A stretch of 16,966 nt of DNA from a bacterium (lineage in GTDB: Bacteria > Hinthialibacterota > Hinthialibacteria > Hinthialibacterales > Hinthialibacteraceae), in the NCBI GenBank assembly GCA_963663405.2, contig CAXXSM010000032.1, forward strand, positions 1-16,966, written 5' to 3'. A model generated the notes under the pieces. The model did not search any database. It was not told the origin of the DNA and saw only the letters and a program-made list of their open reading frames with translations. Numbering within the stretch: the stretch's first letter is position 1; the number at the start of each line of letters is the position of its first letter. Of the stretch, positions 8,522-16,966 are shown piece after piece. A program made the translations under genes and the position numbers.

Positions 8522-9304
8522 ATGACACAGGATAACGCTCTTCACGATGAGCCACTGAAAATCGGTGATATTACGCTTCATTCGCGCCTTATTGTGGGCA
8601 CGGGGAAATATAAAAGTTTTGAGGAAACGGAACGCGCGTTAGAAGAATCTGGAACCGAAATGGTGACCGTCGCGCTCCGCCGGGTGGATCTTGGCGCGGA
8701 CGATCATCTGCTCAACCATATCGATCCGAAGAAATATATCGTTCTCCCGAATACCGCAGGATGTTACAACGCGGAGGACGCGATTCGTGTCTGCCAACTG
8801 GGACGTGAGGTCAGTCAATCCAGTCTTGTCAAGTTAGAAGTTTTGGGAGATCCTGACACACTTCTGCCCGATCCAATCGAGACACTCAAGGCCCTTGAGA
8901 TTCTCGTAAAAGATGGTTTTACCGTCATGACTTATACAAGCGATGATCCGGTTTTAGCCAAGCGGCTCGAAGAAGCGGGCGCCACGACCGTCATGCCGGC
9001 GGGCGCTCCCATTGGATCAGGGCAGGGAATTCTCAATGAAAACAATATCAGAATCATTCTCGAACGGGCGAATGTTCCAATTATCGTAGACGCGGGCGTC
9101 GGCGCCGCATCCGATGTCACGCGGGCGTTTGAATTGGGTTGCGACGCGGTTCTCCTGAATACCGGTATCGCGGGCGCAAAAGATCCAATCCGCATGGCCC
9201 GCGCCATGAAATACGCCGCCCGGGCGGGACGGGACAGCTATTTAGCTGGACGCATTCCAAAAAAACTCTATGCCACCGCCAGCAGTCCACAGTTGGATTT
9301 CTAA
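8522..9304 (+). CDS. thiG: Thiazole synthase
   Basis: [48 protein letters not shown]. Confidence 0.97.
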   Translation: MTQDNALHDEPLKIGDITLHSRLIVGTGKYKSFEETERALEESGTEMVTVALRRVDLGADDHLLNHIDPKKYIVLPNTAGCYNAEDAIRVCQLGREVSQSSLVKLEVLGDPDTLLPDPIETLKALEILVKDGFTVMTYTSDDPVLAKRLEEAGATTVMPAGAPIGSGQGILNENNIRIILERANVPIIVDAGVGAASDVTRAFELGCDAVLLNTGIAGAKDPIRMARAMKYAARAGRDSYLAGRIPKKLYATASSPQLDF

Positions 9305-9348
9305 AGGGCTAACTTGAATTTCGGATATTTATTCAAACGCAGGGGCGC

Positions 9349-9379
9349 GCCTTTTTATCTCTTCTGGTTGAGAAAAGGC
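9349..9379 (+). terminator. Imperfect hairpin downstream of thiG (possible terminator or processing site)
   Basis: GCCTTT/AAAGGC plus TCTC/GAGA pairing. No clear U-tract. Confidence 0.3.
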
Positions 9380-9490
9380 TGTAAAAGGAATGACGTAAGT
9401 CTTTCCTAAGCAATAGTTTATTTTGTAATTAATTCGATGGCTGTACATTGTATATTCATTGGAAATTCCCCGTGATGATGGTGAATAGAA

Positions 9491-10583
9491 TTGATACATG
9501 ACCGGCTTTTGCGTACGATCGACGCCAACGCCAACCGGGCCGCCGAGGGATTGCGTGTCGTAGGCGATATCGCCCGATTTATCCTTAATGATGGCGGACA
9601 AGCGAAGGTTTGGCGTTCGATTCGATCCGATTTATGGCGAATTCTCTCCGAAATTCCCGGATTATTGAATCAAGCTCTGCGCGCGCGTGACAGCGATAGA
9701 GATACTGGCCGGGAATTCGCCGCTTTTTCCACATCGAGATATTTACAACCTGACCCGGTCCAACGCGCATCGGGCGCAGGAATCGCTCCGGGTATTGGAA
9801 GAATCCTGCCGGGGGATCGACCTTTCGGCTGTCTCTCGATTTAGCGCGCTGCGGTATCAGTGTTACAGCGCCGAACAGATGATTCTCGCCGCTCTAGCGT
9901 CATGGTCGATGGAACGGAAATTGGATTTTAATTTATATGTGGTTTTGGGGCGGGAATTCTCGAAGGGGCGGGATTTTCTTGATGTGACACGGCAGGCGAT
10001 TGATGGCGGCGCCGGGGCGATTCAGCTGCGCGATAAAGAAATGCCCAAACGGGAATTACTGGCCTGGGCGTACCGCCTCAGAGAATTGACCCGTGAACAC
10101 GGCGTAACGTTTATTATGAACGATCATCTCGATATCGCGCTCGCTGTTGGCGCGGATGGGATTCATCTGGGCCAGGAGGATTTCCCCCTTCCTGAAGCCC
10201 GCCGGATCGCCGGGCCGGATTTCATCATCGGCGCTTCCACCCACTCCGTTGAAGAAGCGAAACAAGCAGTCGAGGAAGGCGCCAGTTATATCAATATCGG
10301 CCCAATCTTCCAGACTGCGACTAAAAAAGGCGTTATATCTCCCGTTGGGCCGGAGATGATCGAGAAGGTCCAATCCGTTGTCCAGCATCCATTTACGGTA
10401 ATGGGGGGGATTAAGTTGGATAATGTGGATGAAGTATTGAAGCGGGGCGCCCGGCGGATCGCGGTTGTCACGGCGGTTGTAGGAGCGGATGATATTCAAT
10501 CCGCCGCGCGGGCGTTTATGGAACGGATTCAGCAATATAGGGATTTTCAAACAGTAGAAATGGAGAATGGGATTGGATTGTAA
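9491..10583 (+). CDS. thiE: Thiamine-phosphate synthase with N-terminal ThiD2-like domain; interrupted by a +1 frameshift near the T5 run at 9724-9728
   Basis: ORF 9491 carries RTIDANANRAAEGLRVV. ORF 9687 carries the second motif copy SNAHRAQESLRVLEE plus the ThiE core (IQLRDK, FIMND, GIHLGQED, GASTHS, GPIFQTATK, GGI). Removing one T joins them into 363 aa. Confidence 0.92.
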
Positions 10584-10664
10584 AGTAATTATTTGTTTGA
10601 AGAGTGTATGAAAAATGGGAATGATTATATAAATTTGTCCATGTTGTGGTAGGTTACGTATTAA

Positions 10665-10693
10665 GGTGGGCTACGCTTCGCTTTTAGCCCACC
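10665..10693. repeat. REP-like palindrome between convergent genes; may act as a bidirectional terminator
   Basis: GGTGGGCTA-cgcttcgcttt-TAGCCCACC, a perfect 9-bp stem with TTAA on both sides. Confidence 0.7.
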
Positions 10694-10723
10694 CATTTAA
10701 CTCTGGGATTGACTTCATAGTGA

Positions 10724-11152
10724 TTATCCCGTGATATAGTAGATGGTGATTTTGATTACTAAGATTAACCAAAAGAATAAAAAGATCCACGGCGCGTACG
10801 TTGGGAACCACAAACTCTTATTGTGTATTTCTTTTGAAGCGGGGATAAATACTGAAAGCTCCTTATACTCTTTTTCCTTCTCTCTCCACTGTTTCAAACG
10901 ATCCTTTGCTGTTTTTACGCCGAAATGCATTAAGAACGCCAATATGAGTCCAACAAACGACAGCATGCCGGATAAGCAATCAATATCATTAGCAATGGAA
11001 ATCGAGTAAGCAGTGCACAAAAACACTTGTGAGTTAAGGAACAAACCCAAACGATATCCAAGCAACGTGTGTTGGAAGCGAATTTCTTCTCGTACGAACT
11101 TATACTCCTCGAAATCATTATTGCATGTTGAACCTTCGATGGATTTAATCAT
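10724..11152 (-). CDS. Small hypothetical integral membrane protein (2-3 TM segments), AT-rich
   Basis: The ORF track starts at TTG 11164, but GGAG-N6-ATG favours 11152 (142 aa). Hydrophobic segments LSGMLSFVGLILAFLMHF and WIFLFFWLILVIKITIYY. Confidence 0.72.
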   Translation of the reverse strand: MIKSIEGSTCNNDFEEYKFVREEIRFQHTLLGYRLGLFLNSQVFLCTAYSISIANDIDCLSGMLSFVGLILAFLMHFGVKTAKDRLKQWREKEKEYKELSVFIPASKEIHNKSLWFPTYAPWIFLFFWLILVIKITIYYITG

Positions 11153-11311
11153 TGTATTCTCCAATAAAGTTTGAAATCGAACGCTGAGTTCAGCAACCTA
11201 TGGATTTGCGCCTATTTTCGTATGAATGGGCATGGTATTCTAGTTTTTTTAAGGTACGTATTTCAAAAAATCGTATTATTTTAATTCATTAAGAAAACTT
11301 ATCGAGATAGA

Positions 11312-14218
11312 GTGAAAATGAAATATTCATTAGTTACTAATGATCCGCGATTTGAATCGTTGATCGCGGCGCTTCGATCCTGTGACGTTCATTTTGAGAA
11401 TCTTCCGGATATTTTTCAGCGGCGTATCCAGTCTTTAGTACAATATTCACCCCGTTTAACGGCGATTTGTACGGCAAAACCGGAATATTTAGTTGAAATC
11501 TTAGATGAAGAAATATTGGGTAAGTTATATAAAATCAATGATTATAAGAAAATTTTAAAGGAGTGTTTGGCTCGTTCGGATGATCCGGAAACCGCATTGC
11601 GGGCATTTCATCGGCGGGAGATGATTCGCATCGCGTGGCGCGATCTCTGCAATCTCGCGGATATACAGGATATCACGGAAGAACTGTCTGATCTCGCACA
11701 GACCGTCATCAGCGCTGTCTACCGGATCGAGTGGAAACGGATGACGGAACAGTATGGGATACCTATTTCCCAAGAAAGTGGAGAACCCGCGCAGTTTTGT
11801 GTGATTGGCGTTGGCAAACTGGGTGGACGTGAGTTGAATTTCAGTTCCGACATCGATTTGATGTTCGTCTACGATCATGAAGGCGAAACTCGCGGGGGTG
11901 AGGGGAAGCCTCTACATAACTCAATCTTTTTTCAGCAGTTAGCCCAGGGGATCTGTGATGTTCTCACACGGCCTACACCGGAAGGATTTCTGTACCGGGT
12001 TGATACGCGGCTCAGGCCTGAAGGGAGCAGCGGCGCGCTGGCGGTTTCCCTGATGACGATTGAGATTTATTACCATACCTACGGCGCCAATTGGGAGCGC
12101 CAAGCGCTTCTCAAGGCCCGCCCCGTGGCGGGGGAAGGCCGGGTTGGATTCAATTTTATGAGTGTGATTACACCGTTCACATACCGCAAGTATGTGGATG
12201 AACTCGAGATCGCCGAGGTTCTTCGTTCGATCGATATAATGCGTCAAAAGTCGATCGCCAACATCGGCGGGGTGAAAAAGCAGGCGGTCAATTTTAAAAA
12301 TGGATATGGGGGCATCCGTGATATTGAATTTTTTGTTCAAGCTGTCCAGATGCTTTATGGAGGGCAGTATCCGGAAATCAAGCTGAATGGCACGCTGGTC
12401 TCTCTATTGCGAATGCATGAGAGTCATCTGCTGCATACGAAAGATTTCGATTTTCTCACCGACGCATACCGTTTTTTACGTAAAATTGAACACCGGCTGC
12501 AGATGGTTTCCGATCAGCAGGTCTATGAATTGCCGAGTGATCCTAACGCGCGGTTCCGGCTTGCGAAAAGCCTTGATTTCGATTCATACGATACGTTGAA
12601 AGCAAAGTATGATGACTTTACAAAAGGAGTGCGGAAGATCTACGAAGGTGTTTTCCTACGGGCGGAATGGGCCGATCCTTCAGAATTGATCATCGATTCG
12701 GAAACCTTTGATGACCGGATCGGAGCGCTGCTCGAATCGTATGAGTTCCATGATTCCAAACGCGCGTTTCAATTCCTGCGCGCGTTGTTGAAATCACCCG
12801 ATACGCATCTCCAACCGAAAACCACCCGGCTCTTCAAAGCGATGCTGCCCCGATTGCTTCAGTATTTAAAGAACAGTCCTGATCCGGATTTGGCGCTTGC
12901 GAATTTTGAGAGTCTTGTGTCGAGTTTCAAGGCGCGGTCCGCTTTGTATGAATCCTTCTGCGATCAACCGAATCTGCTTGATCTTCTCGTTTCGGTCACC
13001 AGCAGCAGTCAGTTTTTAACCCGGCTGGTGAAAGTAGATCCTTCACTGATGGAATCTTTGGGGCGGGATGACGCGCTGGAGAATACGATTACGGTGGATT
13101 CTCTGTGGAAGCACTATCAAATTATATCCAACGCGTATCCAACGGACGAACGGCGGGATTGGCTGCTGCGGGTAGAGAACGCCGCTATTTTGCAGTGCGG
13201 CATTCGTTTTATCCTTGGGCTTTCGGATGTAGAGACTATAGAACGCGAATTGAGCGATATCGCTGATTTTGTCCTGGAACGATCCATGGAACCCGCGCGG
13301 GAATCTCTCGTTGCGAAATTCCCGGAATTCACCCGTGATTACGGGGAGGAAATCGCAGTGGTTGGCTTTGGGAAATTGGGGGGAAGGGAATTCAACATCG
13401 CGTCGGATTGTGATATCTGTTTTATCTATTCCGAATCGCGGATGACGAAAGAAACCTCATCAAGAGAATATTTCCAGCGATGGGCGGCGAAGTATTGTGT
13501 CTATTTAGAGGATAAATCGAGGCTGGGTTTTCTCTATATTCCCGATACACGGCTTCGGCCCTTTGGGAAGAGCGCGCCTCTCGCGTCTTCGAAAGAGTCG
13601 TTTTTAGAGTATTACCGCGATCGCGCCCAGTTCTGGGAGAAAATGGCACTGACACGGGCGCGGGTTGTGTGTGGCAATCCTGCGATCCAGGCGTTTTTAG
13701 ACGATTTGAAAGAAGAGTTGTTATTCCAAACCGTTCCTTCCCGCAAGGATTTAGAATCCATTCTCACCATGCGGGAAAAGATCGAGAAATATAAAAGTGA
13801 AGAAACGCTGAAAGCCGGACCCGGCGGGATTGTCGATGTGGAATTCATCGCGCAGACGTTGACGCTCTATTATGGGCCGTCTCATACTTCCATGCGTAAG
13901 TCCGCGACATTGGAGATTATCCGCGCCGCGTCTCAAGAAGGTTTGATTCCTCAAGAAGAAGGGACGGCGTTGATCGAGTCCTACCGGTTTCTGCGGGAGG
14001 TGGAAAACCGGCTGCGAATTGTCGATAATGTCTCCATTGACTCGATCCCCAAAGATCCAGAAGAATTGGAAAAACTGACCCGGCGGTACGCGCTCCGGTT
14101 GGATACTGATAAGTTGACGCCGGAAGGATTTCTCGAAACGATCGCGAATCATACACATACTGTCCGTGAAATCTATACGCGCTTTTTTGATGATCTTCTT
14201 TCCGGATCGGGGGAGTAA
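11312..14218 (+). CDS. glnE: Bifunctional glutamine synthetase adenylyltransferase/adenylyl-removing enzyme
   Basis: Two nucleotidyltransferase domains: GKLGGRELNFSSDIDL...VDTRLRPEG...WERQALLKAR...GGIRDIEF and GKLGGREFNIASDCDI...DTRLRPFG...WEKMALTRAR...GGIVDVEF; 968 aa. Confidence 0.96.
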   Translation: MKMKYSLVTNDPRFESLIAALRSCDVHFENLPDIFQRRIQSLVQYSPRLTAICTAKPEYLVEILDEEILGKLYKINDYKKILKECLARSDDPETALRAFHRREMIRIAWRDLCNLADIQDITEELSDLAQTVISAVYRIEWKRMTEQYGIPISQESGEPAQFCVIGVGKLGGRELNFSSDIDLMFVYDHEGETRGGEGKPLHNSIFFQQLAQGICDVLTRPTPEGFLYRVDTRLRPEGSSGALAVSLMTIEIYYHTYGANWERQALLKARPVAGEGRVGFNFMSVITPFTYRKYVDELEIAEVLRSIDIMRQKSIANIGGVKKQAVNFKNGYGGIRDIEFFVQAVQMLYGGQYPEIKLNGTLVSLLRMHESHLLHTKDFDFLTDAYRFLRKIEHRLQMVSDQQVYELPSDPNARFRLAKSLDFDSYDTLKAKYDDFTKGVRKIYEGVFLRAEWADPSELIIDSETFDDRIGALLESYEFHDSKRAFQFLRALLKSPDTHLQPKTTRLFKAMLPRLLQYLKNSPDPDLALANFESLVSSFKARSALYESFCDQPNLLDLLVSVTSSSQFLTRLVKVDPSLMESLGRDDALENTITVDSLWKHYQIISNAYPTDERRDWLLRVENAAILQCGIRFILGLSDVETIERELSDIADFVLERSMEPARESLVAKFPEFTRDYGEEIAVVGFGKLGGREFNIASDCDICFIYSESRMTKETSSREYFQRWAAKYCVYLEDKSRLGFLYIPDTRLRPFGKSAPLASSKESFLEYYRDRAQFWEKMALTRARVVCGNPAIQAFLDDLKEELLFQTVPSRKDLESILTMREKIEKYKSEETLKAGPGGIVDVEFIAQTLTLYYGPSHTSMRKSATLEIIRAASQEGLIPQEEGTALIESYRFLREVENRLRIVDNVSIDSIPKDPEELEKLTRRYALRLDTDKLTPEGFLETIANHTHTVREIYTRFFDDLLSGSGE

Positions 14219-14280
14219 AACCTTCTTTTAATAACTGATGTTACTCAGATTCCTCAGTTGATTATTTATGGATTCTTTTC

Positions 14281-14384
14281 TTTGTCTGAATCTAGATATC
14301 CAGGATAAACAGGATACTCAGGATTTTTTTGTATTACGTAATCCTGCTTATCCAAATAATCCTGTCCATCAAGATTCAGACAAA
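14281..14384. repeat. 104-bp palindromic element with 45-bp arms built from 9-nt-period CAGGAT units
   Basis: Left arm TTTGTCTGAATCT-AGAT-ATC-CAGGAT-AAA-CAGGAT-ACT-CAGGAT-T (14281-14325). Reverse complement of right arm (14340-14384) TTTGTCTGAATCT-TGAT-GGA-CAGGAT-TAT-TTGGAT-AAG-CAGGAT-T. Confidence 0.88.
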
Positions 14385-14477
14385 AATATCTTAGACGGTT
14401 GCTTTGCGTAACATTAGTTAATAAAAGGCTGGAATCATGGCGCGGGTATTTTTTCAGTTCAGGGAATCCCCTGTCGC

Positions 14478-14505
14478 TTGCCCGATGAAGGTCCAAACGT
14501 ATAAT
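14478..14505 (+). promoter_or_regulatory. Candidate sigma70 promoter for iorAB
   Basis: TTGCCC (14478-14483), 16-nt spacer, TATAAT (14500-14505). Confidence 0.45.
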
Positions 14506-14573
14506 CTTTTCCTAAACCATAGATGACATGGTAAATCGTGTATGTTGACCATGTTCATAGATAGGCGCAGAGA

Positions 14574-16194
14574 ATGAATTCATCGGATCGAATGTTTTTA
14601 AGTGGGAATGAGGCGGTGGCGCTGGCCGCGTATCGATGCGGCGTAGCGTTGGGGACCGGTTATCCCGGCACACCGTCGACAGAAATATTGGAAAGTTTTT
14701 CCGAGCGAGGTGGAAAGGCGCAGTGGGCGCCGAATGAGAAAGTGGCGATGGAAGTGGCGCTAGGCGCGGCGTACGCGGGAGCGAGGGCGCTGGTGACGAT
14801 GAAACACGTCGGTTTTGAATGTCGCCGCCGATCCACTTTTTACCGCCACGTATACAGGCGTTAGTGGCGCGCTTGTTGTTGTCTCCGCCGACGATCCAGG
14901 CATGGCGTCCAGTCAGAACGAGCAGGATAACCGGAATTACGCCCGCGCCGCTGGGATTCCGATGTTGGAGCCGTCTGATTCCCAAGAAGCGTTTGATATG
15001 ACGGCGGAGGCGATCGCGATCTCGAAACGTTGGCGGATTCCCGTCATGCTGCGTTTGACTACGCGGATTTGTCATTCCAAAACCGTCGTGAACGCCGGGA
15101 TGTTTGATCCTCCTGCGTCCAGCGCCCATTTCGAGCGGGATGTTAAAGGATTGGTGATGATTCCCGCTTATGCGCGAATCGCCCATAAGAAACTGCGGGT
15201 GAAATTGAATGAAATCGCGGATTGGAATGAAGACGGTTCTCTCAATCAACGGATTGACGGTGATACCTCGCTGGGAATCATCGCCGCGGGGATTTCATAT
15301 TATCACGTTCGTGAAGCCGCTCCGGACGCGAGTTTTCTGAAATTGGGAATGACGTATCCGCTTCCATTAAATGCGATCCGATCGTTCGCGGAGAGTGTGG
15401 ATCGGCTTGTGGCCATTGAGGAAGGGGATCCCTACCTGGTTGATTCGATTCGGGCGGCGGGGATTTCGATAGAAGGCAAGCCGGAGATGTATCGCTTTGG
15501 AGAATTTGACGTAGACAGAGTGAGGAGAATTCTCGCGGGTGATGAGACGCCTGAAACGGCTCCACCGGCTGGCAAGCCGCCGCAGCTCTGCACGGGATGT
15601 CCACACCGGCTTGTTTTTCAGATTTTAAGTGATTTGGATTGTGTTGTTGCGGGTGATATTGGGTGTTACACATTGGGTGTGCTGCCTCCATTTAACGCGA
15701 TGGATACTTGTGTTTGTATGGGCGCCAGTGTCGGCGTTGGATTGGGACTGCGTCATGTTCTTCCTAATGAAGAGGCGCGAAGAGTTGTCAGTGTGATCGG
15801 TGACAGCACGTTTATCCATAGTGGGATCACTGGATTGGTTGAAATGGTGTACAACCGGCCTAAAACGGGGCATTTAGTGATTATCCTGGATAATGGGACG
15901 ACCGCCATGACCGGTTTGCAGGAACATCCAGGCACCGGCCGTTCGCTCGATCATTCCCCCGCGCATCAAATCAGTTATGAAAAACTTGGGCAGGCGCTGG
16001 GGATCGAACATGTTTATACATTCGATCCCATGAAAGAGACGAAACAAATGAGAGAGCGGATTATAGAATTACTAGATACGCAATGTTTGGCTCTGCTTAT
16101 TGTCCGCAAGCCCTGTGTCTTGTCCGCCCGGAAGATTAAGCAATATGAATTGGCCGCCGCAAAACAGAAAGAATGCGCGGTGGAGGAGGTATGA
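14574..16194 (+). CDS. iorA: Indolepyruvate:ferredoxin oxidoreductase alpha subunit; interrupted by a +1 frameshift in the T4 run at 14813-14816
   Basis: [24 protein letters not shown]. The conserved MKHVGLNVAAD is split exactly at GGT-T-TTG-AAT. Downstream are [27 protein letters not shown] and the TPP motif GDSTF...[10 protein letters not shown]. Joined length 539 aa. Confidence 0.94.
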
Positions 16195-16676
16195 TGAACA
16201 GCTCAGCGAAAGTCACAAATATTGTCGTTGCGGGATTGGGTGGACAGGGGGTATTGACCGCTACGGATATCTTAGCCGGGGCCGCGTTTCGTTCAGGATG
16301 GGATGTGAAAAAAGCCGAAGTGCATGGCATGAGCCAGCGCGGTGGCTCGGTTTCCAGTGACGTGCGATTCGGTGAAAAAGTATTCAGCCCAATGGTTCCT
16401 CCCGGAGAGGCTGATTACCTTGTTGTTTTCAACGCCGATCAGGTGGAGAACAACCGCTCGCGTTTGAGAGAGAATGGTGTCTTGATCGAACCGGGTTCCA
16501 TCGATGTTGAAGCGTTGGCCAATCCTCGCAGCCTGAATGTAGCCCTTCTCGGTCTATTGAGCGCCCATCTGGATATTGATGAAACTCATTGGATTGAATC
16601 GATTTATGATAATTTGCCTCCTAAAATCCATGAAGTGAATCGGGTAGCGTTTGCGCTTGGACGAGAGCGGAAGTGA
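16191..16676 (+). CDS. iorB: Indolepyruvate:ferredoxin oxidoreductase beta subunit (start 16191 or 16194)
   Basis: GLGGQGVL, EVHGMSQRGGSV, SPMVPPGEAD, NRVAFALG. SD GGAGGAGG is followed by ATGATG overlapping the iorA stop. Confidence 0.93.
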   Translation: MMNSSAKVTNIVVAGLGGQGVLTATDILAGAAFRSGWDVKKAEVHGMSQRGGSVSSDVRFGEKVFSPMVPPGEADYLVVFNADQVENNRSRLRENGVLIEPGSIDVEALANPRSLNVALLGLLSAHLDIDETHWIESIYDNLPPKIHEVNRVAFALGRERK

Positions 16677-16851
16677 TATTCTTGATTGAAACGGATCCTT
16701 ACGTTCTTCTATCATCCTAACTTCCCTTCATCTCATATTCGATCCCTTCACTATTCTGTTTCTAGCGCTTGGCTTAAAAAATGAAATAGTCTGTGTTAGG
16801 ATGTTCTATTCTTAATCTAATATCATACATGAGTATAAAAGGAATGTGACA

Positions 16852-16966
16852 ATGAAGAACTTTGCCGCTGTGTTTAATCCTCTTAGCGCTCCAGATTATC
16901 TCCCGATTCCTCAGCTGCGGAAATTACAACATAGCCGTCTCTTGAATATGGTGAAACAAGCCTACG
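16852..16966 (+). CDS. paaK: Probable phenylacetate-CoA ligase, N-terminal fragment truncated by the window edge
   Basis: Hand translation MKNFAAVFNPLSAPDYLPIPQLRKLQHSRLLNMVKQAY matches the PaaK N-terminal pattern (L..LQ..RL...V..AY). SD AAGGA upstream; PaaK homologues commonly flank iorAB. Confidence 0.7.
   Translation, partial: MKNFAAVFNPLSAPDYLPIPQLRKLQHSRLLNMVKQAY

Noticed and set aside
9341-9410. Partial resemblance to the 5' half of a TPP riboswitch (GGGGCGC...TGAGA)
   Set aside because: The 3' half (ACCTGA...TAAT...GCG.AGG) is absent, and the segment folds as a simple hairpin.
14281-14384. CRISPR mini-array, and the 76-aa ORF 14266..14496 crossing it
   Set aside because: Units are 6 nt with 3-nt spacers and inverted, with no cas genes nearby. 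The ORF stays open only because the repeat period is a multiple of three.
14512-15249. 245-aa antisense ORF and the other short shadow ORFs overlapping thiG, thiE, glnE, iorA, DUF6807 and the channel
   Set aside because: They lie opposite or out of frame to genes with clear family motifs and show no recognisable protein features.
9491-16194. Calling thiE and iorA pseudogenes
   Set aside because: Each has a single homopolymer indel with all recognisable catalytic motifs intact, so a sequencing artefact is more likely than decay.

Overview
Bacterial chromosomal window, mostly housekeeping and accessory genes. Minus strand: a 6TM voltage-sensor-type cation channel with an RCK domain and a non-canonical pore filter (GIED instead of GYGD), overlapped by a separate stand-alone RCK gene that runs off the left edge and is absent from the ORF track. 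These are followed by a large hypothetical protein, a secreted DUF6807-like protein, a long 12-residue-period beta-solenoid protein, thiS-thiG-thiE (ThiD2-ThiE fusion), a small AT-rich membrane protein gene, glnE, iorA-iorB and the 5' end of a probable paaK. Two genes (thiE, iorA), and probably a third (the hypothetical at ~2865), are split by single-base shifts in homopolymer runs, most simply sequencing errors. Non-coding structure includes a 104-bp palindrome built from 9-nt-period CAGGAT units, a REP-like palindrome and a 13-bp inverted repeat. No rRNA, tRNA, CRISPR array or transposase was seen. Family assignments come from motif recognition only; no searches were run.
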